Positions 23,573 through 35,789 of a DNA stretch of 64,000 nt are shown here, piece by piece. Origin of the DNA: Torpedo marmorata (taxonomy: Eukaryota). The stretch lies in assembly GCA_977017645.1 (NCBI GenBank), contig OZ360232.1, forward strand, positions 32,674,001 to 32,738,000. The letters are read 5' to 3'. Each line of letters starts with the position of its first letter. The first letter of the stretch is position 1. Under the pieces are notes generated by a model that saw only the letters and a program-made list of their open reading frames with translations, searched no databases and was not told where the DNA came from. The position numbers were made by a program, and so were the translations under genes.

Positions 23573-24069
23573 AATATAGTAGGTGTCTGTGACACTACCT
23601 GCTGCTGCATCTTGCTGCCTATTTGAACTTAAAAATGCAAAGAAACAGAAACTCATAGTTGACTTCATGTATATTGTTTTTTCATTACTCTGATTAAAAA
23701 TAAGCAAGTTTCCAAAATTTAATTTTGAAAATAGATTTTTAAAACTTCGATATTGAGCTATTTTTCTTCCTCTAGGGAATGAATATGTTTATGTGCATCC
23801 ATCCTGTGTTTTAGTTATTCTATCAGGATTATGACCTTTTATCAAAGCCTTATTGTATCACGGTATCAAGCATTCAGATACATTTACATTTTATTGGTGG
23901 AAGTGATCTAATTTAGAGTACATCTCTCTCCACGATCAAGTTACACAGATCTTTCAGCTGGAACTGAAAATTTGCTTTCAGTTTTGTCTGATGATGATTT
24001 ACTTCTTGAAATTCTAATTAAAGATCTAATTTGTTGCAAGTTGCTAGGTTTAAAGTGTTAAATATTGGT

Positions 24070-24610
24070 ATGTCCCCTTTTTCCTCTGTTCCTTTGTCCT
24101 ATTATGCTGCCGTATTTGGGGCAATATTTAGGAGTCTCATAACAGCAAAAAAGAAACTCCTTGAATCGGAGATTCGTGTTTTCAAGCGCGTGCATCTTCT
24201 GCCCGACTGGAGGGGCGAGAAAAGAGTGTGACTGGAGTGGTATGCTTAGTTTAACATATTGCGAGATTTCCCTCAACAGTGGGAGGTATATACGGAGTTG
24301 ATGGAGGGGAGGTTGGTTTGTGTGATGGTCTGAACTGTGTTTCTTGTGGTCTTGGGCAGAGCAGTTCATGTACTAAGCATCCAGGCAGAATACCTTCTGT
24401 GATGCATCTTTAAAAATATGGACATGCCGAATTTCCTTAGGCATCCGAGGAAGTGGAGTCGTTGGTGCGGCTCCTTGGTCATAGTGTCAACGTGGTTGGA
24501 CCAGGACATGTTGTTGGTGATAATTACTCCTCAGAGCTTGAAGCATTCCACCTCAGCAATGTGCTCCTCCCATTTCCTGGTCACCTTTATTTTGCTGATA
24601 TTGAGAGAGT
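24070..24610 (-). mobile_element. Degenerate Rex1/Babar-like LINE fragment
   Basis: Minus strand LSWSNHVD.MTKEPHQRLHFL, similar to 5722..6138. Confidence 0.6.
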
Positions 24611-24711
24611 TTGTTCAAATTACCAAGATGCAATGGGAGAGTTTGTTATGCAAGCACTCCAGCGAGACATCCCATGCATTGTTCAGCAAGTAAAACGCAG
24701 TACAGAAGTGC

Positions 24712-25358
24712 ACCCCCACCTCCTCCCCCTCCTCCTACTCCCCCCACCCCCACCCTCCCTCCCTCCCTTCCCCCTCCCCATCCCTTCCCTCCCCTTCCCC
24801 CTCCCTCCCTTTCTCCCCTTCCCCCTCCCCCTCCCTCCCACCCCTCACCTCTCCCTCCTCCTCTTCCCCGTCCCTCCCCTTCCCCGTCCCTCCCCCTCCC
24901 CCACCTCCCTCCCTCCTCTCCTCCTCCCTGCTCCCCATTCCCCACTCCCCTACCCTCCCCGCTCTACACTCTCCCCTCCCCCACTCCCCTCCACTGCTCC
25001 CCCACCCCTCCACTGCTCCCCCACCCCTTCTCCCACCCCACCTCTCCCACCCTCAAGCCTACCCTCCCCCAACCTCTGCCTCTCCGCCCCTCCCCACCCT
25101 CCCCTCCCCTTCCTCTCTCTCCCCACTTCCCCTTCCCCTGTCCCCTCCCCTCTCTCCCCTTTCCCCCCCACTCCCCTTCCCCCTCCCCTTCTCCCTTTCC
25201 CTCCCCTTCTCCCTTCCCCCTCCCCTTCTCCCTCCCCTTCTCCCTTCCCCTCTCCCTCCCTTCCCCTTCCCCCCTCCCTCCTTCCCTCCTTTCCCCCTCC
25301 CCTCCCTCTCACCCCCTCCCCCACCCCCTCCCCTCCTATTCTTCTTTCTCCCCCCCCC
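24712..25358. repeat. C/T-rich low-complexity polypyrimidine tract (~650 bp)
   Basis: Almost entirely C and T on the + strand, in irregular CCCCT/CCCTT units. Confidence 0.95.
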
Positions 25359-25439
25359 TTAGATTAATGTTGTTTTCTTTAATTACAGGCCAATTCGTTT
25401 AGCTTTAGTGCTGGTCAACCTTTTGTATCGATTCTGAGG

Positions 25440-26540
25440 AAAAGCATAGGCCATCAATTAGAGTAGTACAAATAAATTTGGGATGCTTAGGATAGATATG
25501 TTGAGGGGAACGTTCCATCTAACTAACTTAATTGCAATTTTAAGGAGATAACTAAGTGAATCAGTGAAGCCAATGCATTTGCTAGAATCTACGTGGATTT
25601 TAGCAAGTGTTTTGACAAGGTCCTTTGGCTGCTGATTAAAAAATTCTGAGCCATCATATCCAAAGGTGAGTGACAGATTGGATCCAAAATTAGCTCAGTG
25701 GCAGGAAGTGAAAGGTCATGGTTGAGGGGTATTTTTGTCACTTTTTTTGGGACAGTTTCAACTTGCAGGGAGGGGAATGGGTACGTCAGAAGAAAAGGTG
25801 GAAGTTAAGAATGAATATAGAACACAAAATATGTGGAACCTGGTGAAAGTAGATTGGGAGCAGATGCTTGTGGATAAAGTGTGAGTCTTTTAAAAGACAA
25901 TTAGTAATGTTCAGGACAGTTCCAGTCAGGGTGAAAAGCAAAGATAGCAAAATAGGGAAACTTGGATGACAAAGGATATTGAAAGTTTCATCATAGAACA
26001 TAGAGCATAGAACATGACAGCACACACAGCACAGGCCCTTCAGCCCATGATGTTGTGCTGTCTGATAGAAACCTACTCAACAAACTAAAACCTTCCCTAC
26101 CTCACACCCTCCCTTTATTTTTCTTGTATCCCTGTGCCTGTCTAAAAGTCTTTTAAAAGTCCCTATTGTACCAGCCTCCACCACCACCCCCGGCAATGCA
26201 TTCCAGGCACCCACCACTCTCTGTGTAAAAGAAAAAGGAAATATATGGCAGGTATAGGAATCTGGGATTGAGGAAGTCTCTTGAGGAATATGAAAGGTGC
26301 GGGAGCGAATTTAAGAAAGAAATTAGTGAAGCAAAAAGGAAGTGGAAATATCTTTGGGAAGGAAGATTTAAGGAGAATCATAGGAAGGAGTGACACCCCT
26401 TGGGGACCAAGGAGTCATCTGTCTGTGGAGATTTGCAAAGCATTTTTCTTGCACAGAATGTGTCAGTGCTTTGAACATGTGTGAAAGAAGTTTATGAAAT
26501 TATCAGAGGAATAGATAGGATGGATAGTCTGTCTTTTTCC
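25440..26540. mobile_element. Degenerate CR1 fragments with a nested minus-strand CR1 tail (~25990-26230)
   Basis: YVDFSK.FDKV motif near 25590; catagaacatagagcatagaacat tail. Confidence 0.6.
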
Positions 26541-27453
26541 CATGTGGGTACTGCCTGCACCACTGTGAGGCCCAATGTTTGTCCTGTCCGTTCCAGTGCT
26601 ACCACTGTAAATCCTCATACTTAATCCAATCCTTCTCTAGCCTAATATGGAGCCAAATATAGTTTTCTGCTTATCAATTCTTTTCCTCTAGAGATGGATT
26701 TGAAACATTTTAATTAAAAATAAGCACCTTGGAACATAATCCTGACATATGATCTCCTGTCTTACCTCATACATGCAAGCACTTCCTACAAAGTGTATGG
26801 AGAATAGAATTCCAGGCTTCTTGAATTGAATTTGAATTGAATTGTTTATTGTCAAGTGTACCAAGATACAATTAAAAACGTTGTTTTACATGCTACCCAG
26901 GCAAGTCAACCTATACATCGTGCAACAGGGTTGTGCAAGAATAAAATCAAAAGTCAGGAGATAATCATGTCAGTCATCACAAATTAACTGTGCATACCTT
27001 GTACAAATCCACTCATCTGGATTGATGGTTCTAATTTGGTACAGATCAGCAACTTCATTGTTGATTTGTTTTGTGAAGGGCAGCGATTAATCCGAGGAAA
27101 ACTGTACATGTATGAAAGCGTACTGGTGTATTATTCTGAAATGAAAGTAAAAGGTTTGCTGCATCAAGTAATTTCAGGTTGTAGAGGCTTTATAAATTTC
27201 ATAAACACAGGGTCACAACCGGAAGCATTGACCATGCTTTTGCTCCCACAGGTGTCGCCTGGCCTGCTGAGTTGCTCCAGCTTCCAGCATCCACAGTCAT
27301 TCTTGTATCTTCATCAATAATGTGGTTTTATGGTTGCTCAGTTAAAATATTGTTCACCTCATTGCTAACTACTGTTGAAGTGAAATTAAATTAGTTATAT
27401 AACCAGATCCTGCTACTTATTCTAATACACATCATATCATTTAAAATGATTTG

Positions 27454-30400
27454 GGACACTATGAAAGCGTATTTAAGGGGACAAATTATTTCTTATACTG
27501 CTAACATTAAGAAGAGGACTAATAAGGAAAAGTTAGATTTAATTAATCAGATTAAGCAAATTGATATTCAATTTGCTCAAAATAAAAATCAGGATTTATA
27601 CAAGAGAAGAGTAGAACTTAAAACGAAATTTGATCTTCTCTCTACCTATCCAATTGAACAACAATTGCTAAGAAGTAGAAGTCTTTTTTATATTCATGGA
27701 GAAAAATCTAGTAAGTTACTAGCTGGACAATTAAAAGGAATTTCTGCTAAAAAACAAACAAATAAAATTCAGATGAGGGATGGTAAAATGACAAAAGATT
27801 ATTTTAAAATAAATGAGTCCTTCAAGGAATTTTACTCTAACCTTTATACTTCTGAATTTGGTAATGATTATGTTTCAATGTCGGAATTTCTAGATCGGCT
27901 AAATCTTCCGGTACTTTATCAAGATAAACGTGCAAGTTTGGAGAAACCTATTTCACAGGAGGATATAGCTGTGGCTATTTCCTCATTACAGTCTGGTAAA
28001 TCTCCAGGACCAGACAGATATCCTGTAGAATTCTATAAATCTTTCTCCAAATTGCTTGTACCTCACTTGAGTGTGGTATTGGGTGACTCGTTCAATGATC
28101 AGAAGCTTCCCGCATCATTTAATGAGGCCAGTATATCCCTAATTCTTAAAAAAGGGAAAGAACCAACAGAATGTACATCTTATAGACCCATTTCATTACT
28201 TAATGTGGATATGAAGATTTTATCCAAGGTTTTAGCACACAGATTAGAAAATATTTTACCAATAATTATCGATTCTGATCAGACTTGTTTTATTAAATAT
28301 CGTTATTCCTATTATAATATACATAGATTATTGAATATTTTATATTTACCCTCTACCCCAGTGACGGAATGTGTTCTTTCATTAGATGCTGAAAAACCGT
28401 TTGATCGGGTGGAGTGGGAGTATCTATTTGCCATTTTAGAAAAATTTAATTTTGGTTCTGATTTCATTAAATGGATTAAATTATTATATTCATGCCCTAC
28501 GGCCTCAGTTCGTTCTGATTTACAGCAATCAAACATGTTTAGGCTTAATAGGGGAACTTGCCAAGGTTGCCCGTTAAGTCCTCTGCTTTTTGATATAGTA
28601 CTAGAACCTCTAGCTGTTGCTTTTCGACAGTGTAGAGAATTTAAAGGTATAACTAGATGTGGAATTGAACATAAAGTATCTCTTTATGCAGATGATTTAT
28701 TGCTTTTTATTTCAAACCCTGAGGTCTCTATACCAAATATATTAACTTTGTTTACTCAATTTAGCCAATTTTCAGGTTATAAATTAAATTTACATAAGAG
28801 TGAATTACTACCCTTAAGTTACTTACCTCTTGTTAGTTATTCTAATTTCCCGTTTCAAATATTGAAAGATCAATTCCAATATTTAGGAATTACAATTACA
28901 AAAAGTCACAAAAATTTAGTGAAAGAGAATTTCTTGGTACTACTCAATAAGATTAAACCATTATTATCGGGTTGGTCACCCTTATCTATTACAATGATGG
29001 GTCGAATCAATTCAATTAAAATGAATATTTTGCCTAAATTTCTGTATCTTTTCCAAGTTTTACCAATTTTTATTCCTAAAGTCTTTTTTAGTTCATTAGA
29101 TTCGGTCCTTTATTCTTTCATATGGCAGGGAAAGCAACCACGTATAAACAAAGCCCATCTTCAAAAGATTAAAAGGAATGGAGGGTTATCACTTCCAGAT
29201 TTTAGATTTTATTATTGGGCGATTAATATTCGTAATTTGCTTTTATTATTGCATTTTGATAAGTTAGTGAATCGCCCCTCTTGGGTGGAAATGGAACTGA
29301 AGTTTTCAAAAAAAACATCTATGCTGGCAATTTTGGCATCTTTTTTACCATTTTCCTTTTCCAAATTGACTCACAATCCGTTATTGAGAAATAGGTTGAG
29401 AATATGGGCTCAGTTTAGAAATTTTTTTTGGTTTCAATAGTTTTTCTCTGGCTAGTCCCATTATAGAAATTAACCTTTTTCAGCCGTCTGTGCTGGACGC
29501 AGGATTTAAGGAATGGTATAGATTGGGAATTTATAGCTATAACAATCTTTTTATTCGAGATAACTTTGCCTCTTTTGAACAACTGGTAGCCAAATTTAAT
29601 CTTTCTAATAGACATTTTTTTTAGATATTTACAAATTAGACATTTTGTTCAGTCCAAGCTTTCTGATTTTCCTCGAATCTCAAATAACTAATATCCTTGA
29701 TTCACTTTTTAACTTACGTTTTTTTTTTCATCATCATGCATATATAATGATTAATTGGATATAAAATCAGCCTCTATGGCTGGGATTAAGAACGATTGGG
29801 AGCATGATTTGAAAACAACATTTTCAGATGAAGATTGGTATCATACTCTTAGCTTGATTAACACCTCTTCATTCTGTGCAAGACATTGTTTATTACAATT
29901 TAAGGTGGTATATAGAATCCATATGTCCAAACTTAAATTATCTCGTTTTTATGCAGATATTGATCCACTATGTGAGAAGTGTAAAATTTTTGAAGCCTCA
30001 TTGATTCATATGTATAGGGAATGCCCAAATTTAGAGAGATTTTGGAAAGATATTTTCCAAATTTTATCAATGATTTTCAAGATTAAAATAGAACCATGTC
30101 CGATAATTGCTTTTGTTTGGTTTTTCACATGAACCAAATATACTTCTGTCTGCATCTCAGGAGAAAGTTTTAGCCTTTTCCACGTTGATAGCCAGACGAG
30201 CAATTTTATTGAAATGGAAAAATGATTCCTCACCTATCCATATACAGTGGTTACAGGATGTAATGTCTTATTTGAGCTTGGAGAAAATTAGATACAATAT
30301 TAAAGATAGAAAGTTTCAATTTCTAAAGGTGTGGGGCCCATTCATAGAATACTATCATGATTGGAAGAATTAAGAATCTTGAATGTTCCGAGGATTCTCT

Positions 30401-30747
30401 GTCCAATGTCTGGAGGTCGCTATCTGATCCATTTTTTCTTTCATTTTTTCTTACAAAGGTAACCTTGAATAGAGGGAGGGGTTAGATTAGATTTAGTTTT
30501 TAGGTTTTTTTTTGTTTGGATTTTTTTTTCATTTTATATTACTCTTTTTAGTTGAATAATTTGAAATATGGGTTTTAACATGAATTTACAGTATATTCAT
30601 AACTTGTCTCTCACGTGAACTTAGGAACTGGTCAATGCAGTTCCATTTGGTTTTTTTTCTTTTGTATTTGTATGACTTTATGTGTTCTCAAAAATTTTTT
30701 TTGTATCCATGTTTATATGTTAAACTCAATAAATATATTTTAAAAAG
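27454..30747 (+). mobile_element. 5'-truncated L1 LINE (ORF2 RT, C-terminal Cys domain, 3' UTR, A-rich tail)
   Basis: 664-aa ORF with KSPGPD, YRPISLLN.D.KILSK, SLDAEK.FDRVEW, QGCPLSPLLF, SLYADD; later frameshifts; AATAAA at 30728; 11-bp TSD AAAATGATTTG at 27443-27453 and 30748-30758 at a TT/AAAA site. Confidence 0.95.
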
Positions 30748-30776
30748 AAAATGATTTGTATTGTGAATTGTTTCAG

Positions 30777-30873
30777 GCACGTCTTCCATAAACAGTGTGT
30801 TGATCCATGGCTAAATGAACATTGTACTTGCCCTATCTGCAAACTAAACATACTGAAGGCACTGGGAATCTTG
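30777..30873 (+). CDS. RNF130: RNF130 coding exon, second half of RING-H2 domain
   Basis: tgtttcag| ... |gtaagc. Joins the previous exon as AA|G = Lys and reads [32 protein letters not shown]. 97 nt. Confidence 0.95.
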
Positions 30874-30984
30874 GTAAGCATAAAATGTGACTTTTAATAA
30901 ATCACGTGTTTATATTTGGATTGCCTTGTGTCATGCTGCTTTCAACAATTTATTCATTTAAAGCAAATTCATAAATTAAGGAGC

Positions 30985-33820
30985 TATATCGAACACGGAA
31001 CAGACCCTTCGGCCAAATTTGCCAATGCTGACCAGGTTGGCATTCTGGGCAAGTGCCTTGTTCACCACTCTGTCAACCTGAGTCACCATTTTCAAGGAAC
31101 TATCCACCAGTACTCCTTGGACTCTCTCTTCTACAACACTTTCCAGGGTTCTACCATTAACTGTACAAGACTTGCCCTGGTTGGACTTGCCAAAGTGCAT
31201 TATATTTGCCTTTCCTTGGCCCATCTTCCCAACTGATCTAGGTTCTGTTGTAAACATAGATATCCTTCCTCACTGTTAACAACATCACCAATGTTGGTGT
31301 TATTGCAAATTTACTAGTGATGTTAGTAAGTGTCACCCAAATCATTGATATAGATAATGAACAGCAGTGGACCCAGCACTGACCCCTGTTGCACACCACT
31401 GGTCACAGGCTTCCAATCAGAACACCAACCCTCCACTACTACCTTCTGACTCCTTCCACCAAGCCAGTTTTGAATTCAATGGGCCCGCTCCCCTTGGATC
31501 CCATGTGATCGAACCTTCTACACTTGCATGCCATGCAGGATCTTGTCTAAATCCTTGCTAGTTCCCACAGACAACATCGCCCACTCTGCCTTTATCAATC
31601 CTCTTGGTCTCCTCTTCAAAAAAACTCCAGCAGATTCATGACACACTATTTCCCACACACAAAGCTATGCTGACTAATCAGTCACTGCCTGTCCATTCTC
31701 TGGTAGATCCTGACCCTCAGCATCCTCTCCAGCAGCTTTCCCATAACTGACATAAGGCTCACCGGCCTTAGTCTCTTGCTTGTCTTTGCTGCCCTTTGTA
31801 AATAACGGTACAACAGTAGCCACCCTCCAGTCCTATGAAACTTCACCCTTGGCCAAAGACGATATAAATATCTCTGCAAGGGCCTGTGCCTACAAGCTTC
31901 CTACAAGATCCAAGGATGTACTTGGTCAGGGCCTGGGGATTCATCCATCTTAATGTGCTCTAAGGCCACCTGCACCATCTCCCTGGTAACTCCTGTGTGG
32001 TCCAAGACATTGCAACTCATTTGCTTCAGTTCTTTAGTTTCACAGTAAAGACTAATGAGAAATATTTATTTAAAATTTCACCCATCTCCAGTGGCTCCAC
32101 ACAAAGATGGCCATGGTAATCTTTAAGGGGACCAGTTCACTCCCTAGCCACCTTTCACTCTTCAAGATTCAATTTCAAGATTCAAGATTCAATTTATTGT
32201 CATAGTAATAAGACAGTGTCATATTCCATGAAATTTCTTTTTGCCTGCTGCAAGGCAGACAGATTCGCCACCGGCAGAAATTGCCTAAGCGCCTCTAACA
32301 TTCCTTACAGTCAGAGAAAGAGAAGCAAAAGAGAGTCCCCCCAGAGTCACCGAGTGTCCATAGATTCGCCTCCAGCGCTTCCGCAGCCTCCGCAGCCACA
32401 CAGAGTCCAGTCCAAACCATCGGCATCTCAAGCTCCAGATCCGAACCTCCAACATGGTCAGGTCGCCCTCGGCACCCCCTCGCATCCCGGTTCCAATACC
32501 TGGTACTCCTCCAGCCAGTTCGAGCCAGCCTCCAGCAGTCCGCAGCCTCTGCGGGTTCCTCGCCTCGAGTCGCCAGCAGCCCACCGCATGCACTGGTCCT
32601 TCAGTCTCAGAGCCACTCATCGGTCTGCCGCCGTGGTCACTGTCCCGTGGGTCGTCTCCTCCGCTTCTCCTTCTCGGGGGGGGGGTGGGGGGGGGTGATC
32701 TTCCTGTCCTCTGGTGCCCTGCTCCAGTCCTCCGCTTCCCTGGAATCTGCAGCCCCTCATGGCTGCTGCCGGTTAAAAGGTGCTGCCATCTTGGGCGCAG
32801 ACCCCGTGGTCGTGGGATCTTAAATAAAACCACCGTCGGCTCCTTTAACAGGCCATTCAAAGCCCGTGCGGAACCGACGGCAGTCGACTGGGCGGATGGA
32901 CCCCGCGGGAGCGCTGTATCTCCGCTCCCAGCGGGTCCACACCAGCGGCAGCGCTGCCGCTACAGCGGCTCCGGCAGCGCCGCCATTCCTCTGGTCATCT
33001 GTTGAATTAATATACCTGTTGAATCTCCTGGGATTCTGTTTTGTCCTGCCTGCTAGCTCTATCTCATGTCCTCTTTTTGCTCTCCTGTTTTCCCTCTTAA
33101 GTGTACCACCATACTTCTTATGCATGTCAAAGGATTTGCTTCATCTCTATTGTCTAAACAGGATGTGTCCTCCTTTTTCCTGACCAGAGCCTCAATATCC
33201 CTCATCAACCACGATCCCCTAAATCTGTCCTTCACCCAACCAGGAACATGCTGTCCCTGAACTCTTGCCATGTCACTTTTGAAAGCCTTCCCTTCACCTG
33301 CAAACAGCCTCTGCCAGTCAATTTCTGCAAGTTTCCACCTAATGCCTCCAGAATTGTCCTTGCCCCAATTTCAGGCCTTAACTTGTAAACCAATGCTTGT
33401 TCATCTTTAACGGGACCAATTCTTTCCGAGCACCCATTCACTCTTAATATACCTGTAGAATCTCTTGGGATTCTCTTTTATCCTGCCTGCCAGCTCCATC
33501 TCGTGTCCTCTTTTTGCCCTCCTGATTTCCTTCTTAAGCATACTCTATACTTCCTGTACTCATCAAGGAATTCACTCGATCCAGACTTTGTAAATCTGAC
33601 ATAAGCCTGCTTCTTTTTCCTGACCCGAACCTCAATCTCCCTCATCAACCAGGGTTTCGTAAACTTACCAGCCTATCCTTGCCCTTCACCCTAACAGGAG
33701 CGTGCAGAGCCTGAACTCTTGCTATCTGACCTATAAAAACATCCTACTTTCCATCCGTCCCATACTTACAAACGTTCTTTCCCAATCAGCTCCTGCATGT
33801 TCATGCCTAATTGCTCCAAA
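30985..33820 (-). mobile_element. Degenerate CR1 ORF2 segments, interrupted at 32161-32987, with two diverged copies of one segment (~33007-33430 and ~33443-33820)
   Basis: MHFGKSNQ, RPVSLMSVMGKLLE, KRGHEIELAGRTKQNPRRF motifs. Confidence 0.75.
32161..32987 (-). mobile_element. ~830-bp non-autonomous LINE-dependent element, copy 1
   Basis: GC-rich 5' end ATGGCGGCGCTGCCGGAGCC and 3' tail ...TGACAATAAATTGAATCTTGAATCTTGAA; closely similar to 58330-59175. Confidence 0.85.
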
Positions 33821-34031
33821 ATCATTTGAAGTGTGGTTATTATGAACCTCTCCATTTGTCTGAGATTATTGTCATTGGAGATACAAGCACCCAATCTGTA
33901 TTGTGTTGCTGGCTTTGGTAGTCAGAGATTTGAATTGAGGAGATGCCCACACTTCATGTTATAACATTTATTGAAGTAATTTGGTTAATGACATGCACTT
34001 ACATCGTCAATGGTTGATTGATCCTTTACAG

Positions 34032-34236
34032 CCAGACTCACAGTGTGCAGAGAATTCAACACTTGATGTGGATAGAACTGTCAGGGGATCACTTGCCAAT
34101 CACAGATCTATGCCTACTGATGTCACTAGCGATGGTTCCATCAATCTTGAACCACTACGATTCCTGGGGAGTTCGCAAATTGGTCAGGAAGAAGAATTTG
34201 TACCACGAACCAGGGAAATGAATGTCACCGTAACCA
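34032..34236 (+). CDS. RNF130: RNF130 coding exon, post-RING region
   Basis: cctttacag| ... |gtaaga. Reads PDSQCAENSTLDVDR...SINLEPLR...VPRTREMNVTVT, similar to RNF130 ...LGLEPLR...TPRTGEINIAVT. 205 nt, phases match neighbouring exons. Confidence 0.92.
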
Positions 34237-35789
34237 GTAAGATTTTCTGTAATTAGTATTGTTAAGCAAGAAATGCCTGTTTATAGAAGCAGAAAAAACA
34301 CCCATGATTTTCTTTTCCTCTTTCAAAGGAACTATCACTGGCTATACTTCATTTTATCTTTAAAATATTTTTTATTCATATGGTTTGATCAAAATAAATA
34401 ACAATATCCCATAGAGTTATATCATGGCTAATCCCGCTCTATTGTGTGCAACACTTCTTATAAATCACCAATTTACATGAATTTCATTTAATGGTGTGTT
34501 TTATAGAAAAATTACTTTTGCCACCTATTGTTTTAGGCTAACAGGTGTCATCGTGCCTAATTGGGAGGGAGCCCCATCCAACCATTCGTAGACTGCTGGT
34601 GTGAGACTGGATGCTTCCCTTTTCTAAAATGCTGATTGCTTTAGAAGATTGGTGCCACCGAGTGGCTGAAAATAATTCTTACTTCATACTTAAAGTTGCT
34701 TGGTCGTGGGAGGTCAGCCTTGGTTGTATTCCACATTCAATCGTACCTGATTTGATTTGTTTCAGTGCACCTCTACTCCTCCTGTTCCCCACCAACCACT
34801 CCCCCCACCCTTAAAAATTGTTTATTCCATAAGATTGTAATTGTGAATATTTTAAAAAAACACATTTTTATTTCTTTTAAAACATTAGAAATCACTAAGA
34901 TTTTAATAAGAACCATGGCAACTTTTAACATTTCCCAATGTCTGTTGTTTCCTTTTACATTTGTGGCTTTCATATTAAAATCTTTTCTCTTGATTTCTGT
35001 GATACTTCCTAAAATGACTGGATTAGCAGATTGAATTATGGATTGCATGCTACAGCTGTTTGCCTTGAAATACACATCTTCAATCAGACAGATGTATTGA
35101 TTTTATAATTGTGGGAAAACTTTGATGTATTATTAATCCTGGACACAATCTATTATAATATTGGCATGCTTCTGAACTGGTGCCTCGCTGCTTATTCAAC
35201 GGCCTTCTCACTGCTCTAACATAATACTGTTTTGCTGAACATCTTGCTTGCTTTCACTGATCAAACCTCAGTACTGTCGTGAGATTTTATGTGGGGACAG
35301 AATGTGAGAGATAATGGTAAAATACGTGGAACTGACAAAGTATTTCTTCTAAATAAATGAATCTCTGGCTCCTCTAAATGACAGAATTGTTTAATCTCCT
35401 TGCATATTATTATCACAGGATAGATTTAAGGTGATAGCAAAAAGAATCCTTTGGGAAATGAGTTTTTTTAATAAACTGATTTGCTGTGATCTAGAATTGA
35501 TTGTCTGAAAGGATGACAGAAGCAGACTCAATGATAAGCTACAAAAGGGATATTGCGAAATTGCAGAGGCCATGCAAGTAATTGGATAACCTTTCAAAAA
35601 GCAATACTGTAAATGTTTACAAGGTATGCAAAAGCACTTTCAATGAAGTAGTTTCAATAAGAGATGCCCATATTTACATGTGCCTTGAAATTACACTTTT
35701 CCAACTTCAATAATATCATGGGTTTTAAGTGTTTTATTGTTCCCTTTTTCTCCAAATCAGTGCTTTTCATTCGTGCATCTTATACTTAC

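Noticed and set aside
24453-25402. Proline-rich or glycine-rich ORFs
   Set aside because: Translation artefacts of the C/T low-complexity tract.
32216-33005. Overlapping 160-190 aa ORFs in the 830-bp element (also 58642-59370)
   Set aside because: Frames are not preserved between the two copies; high GC content explains the lack of stops.
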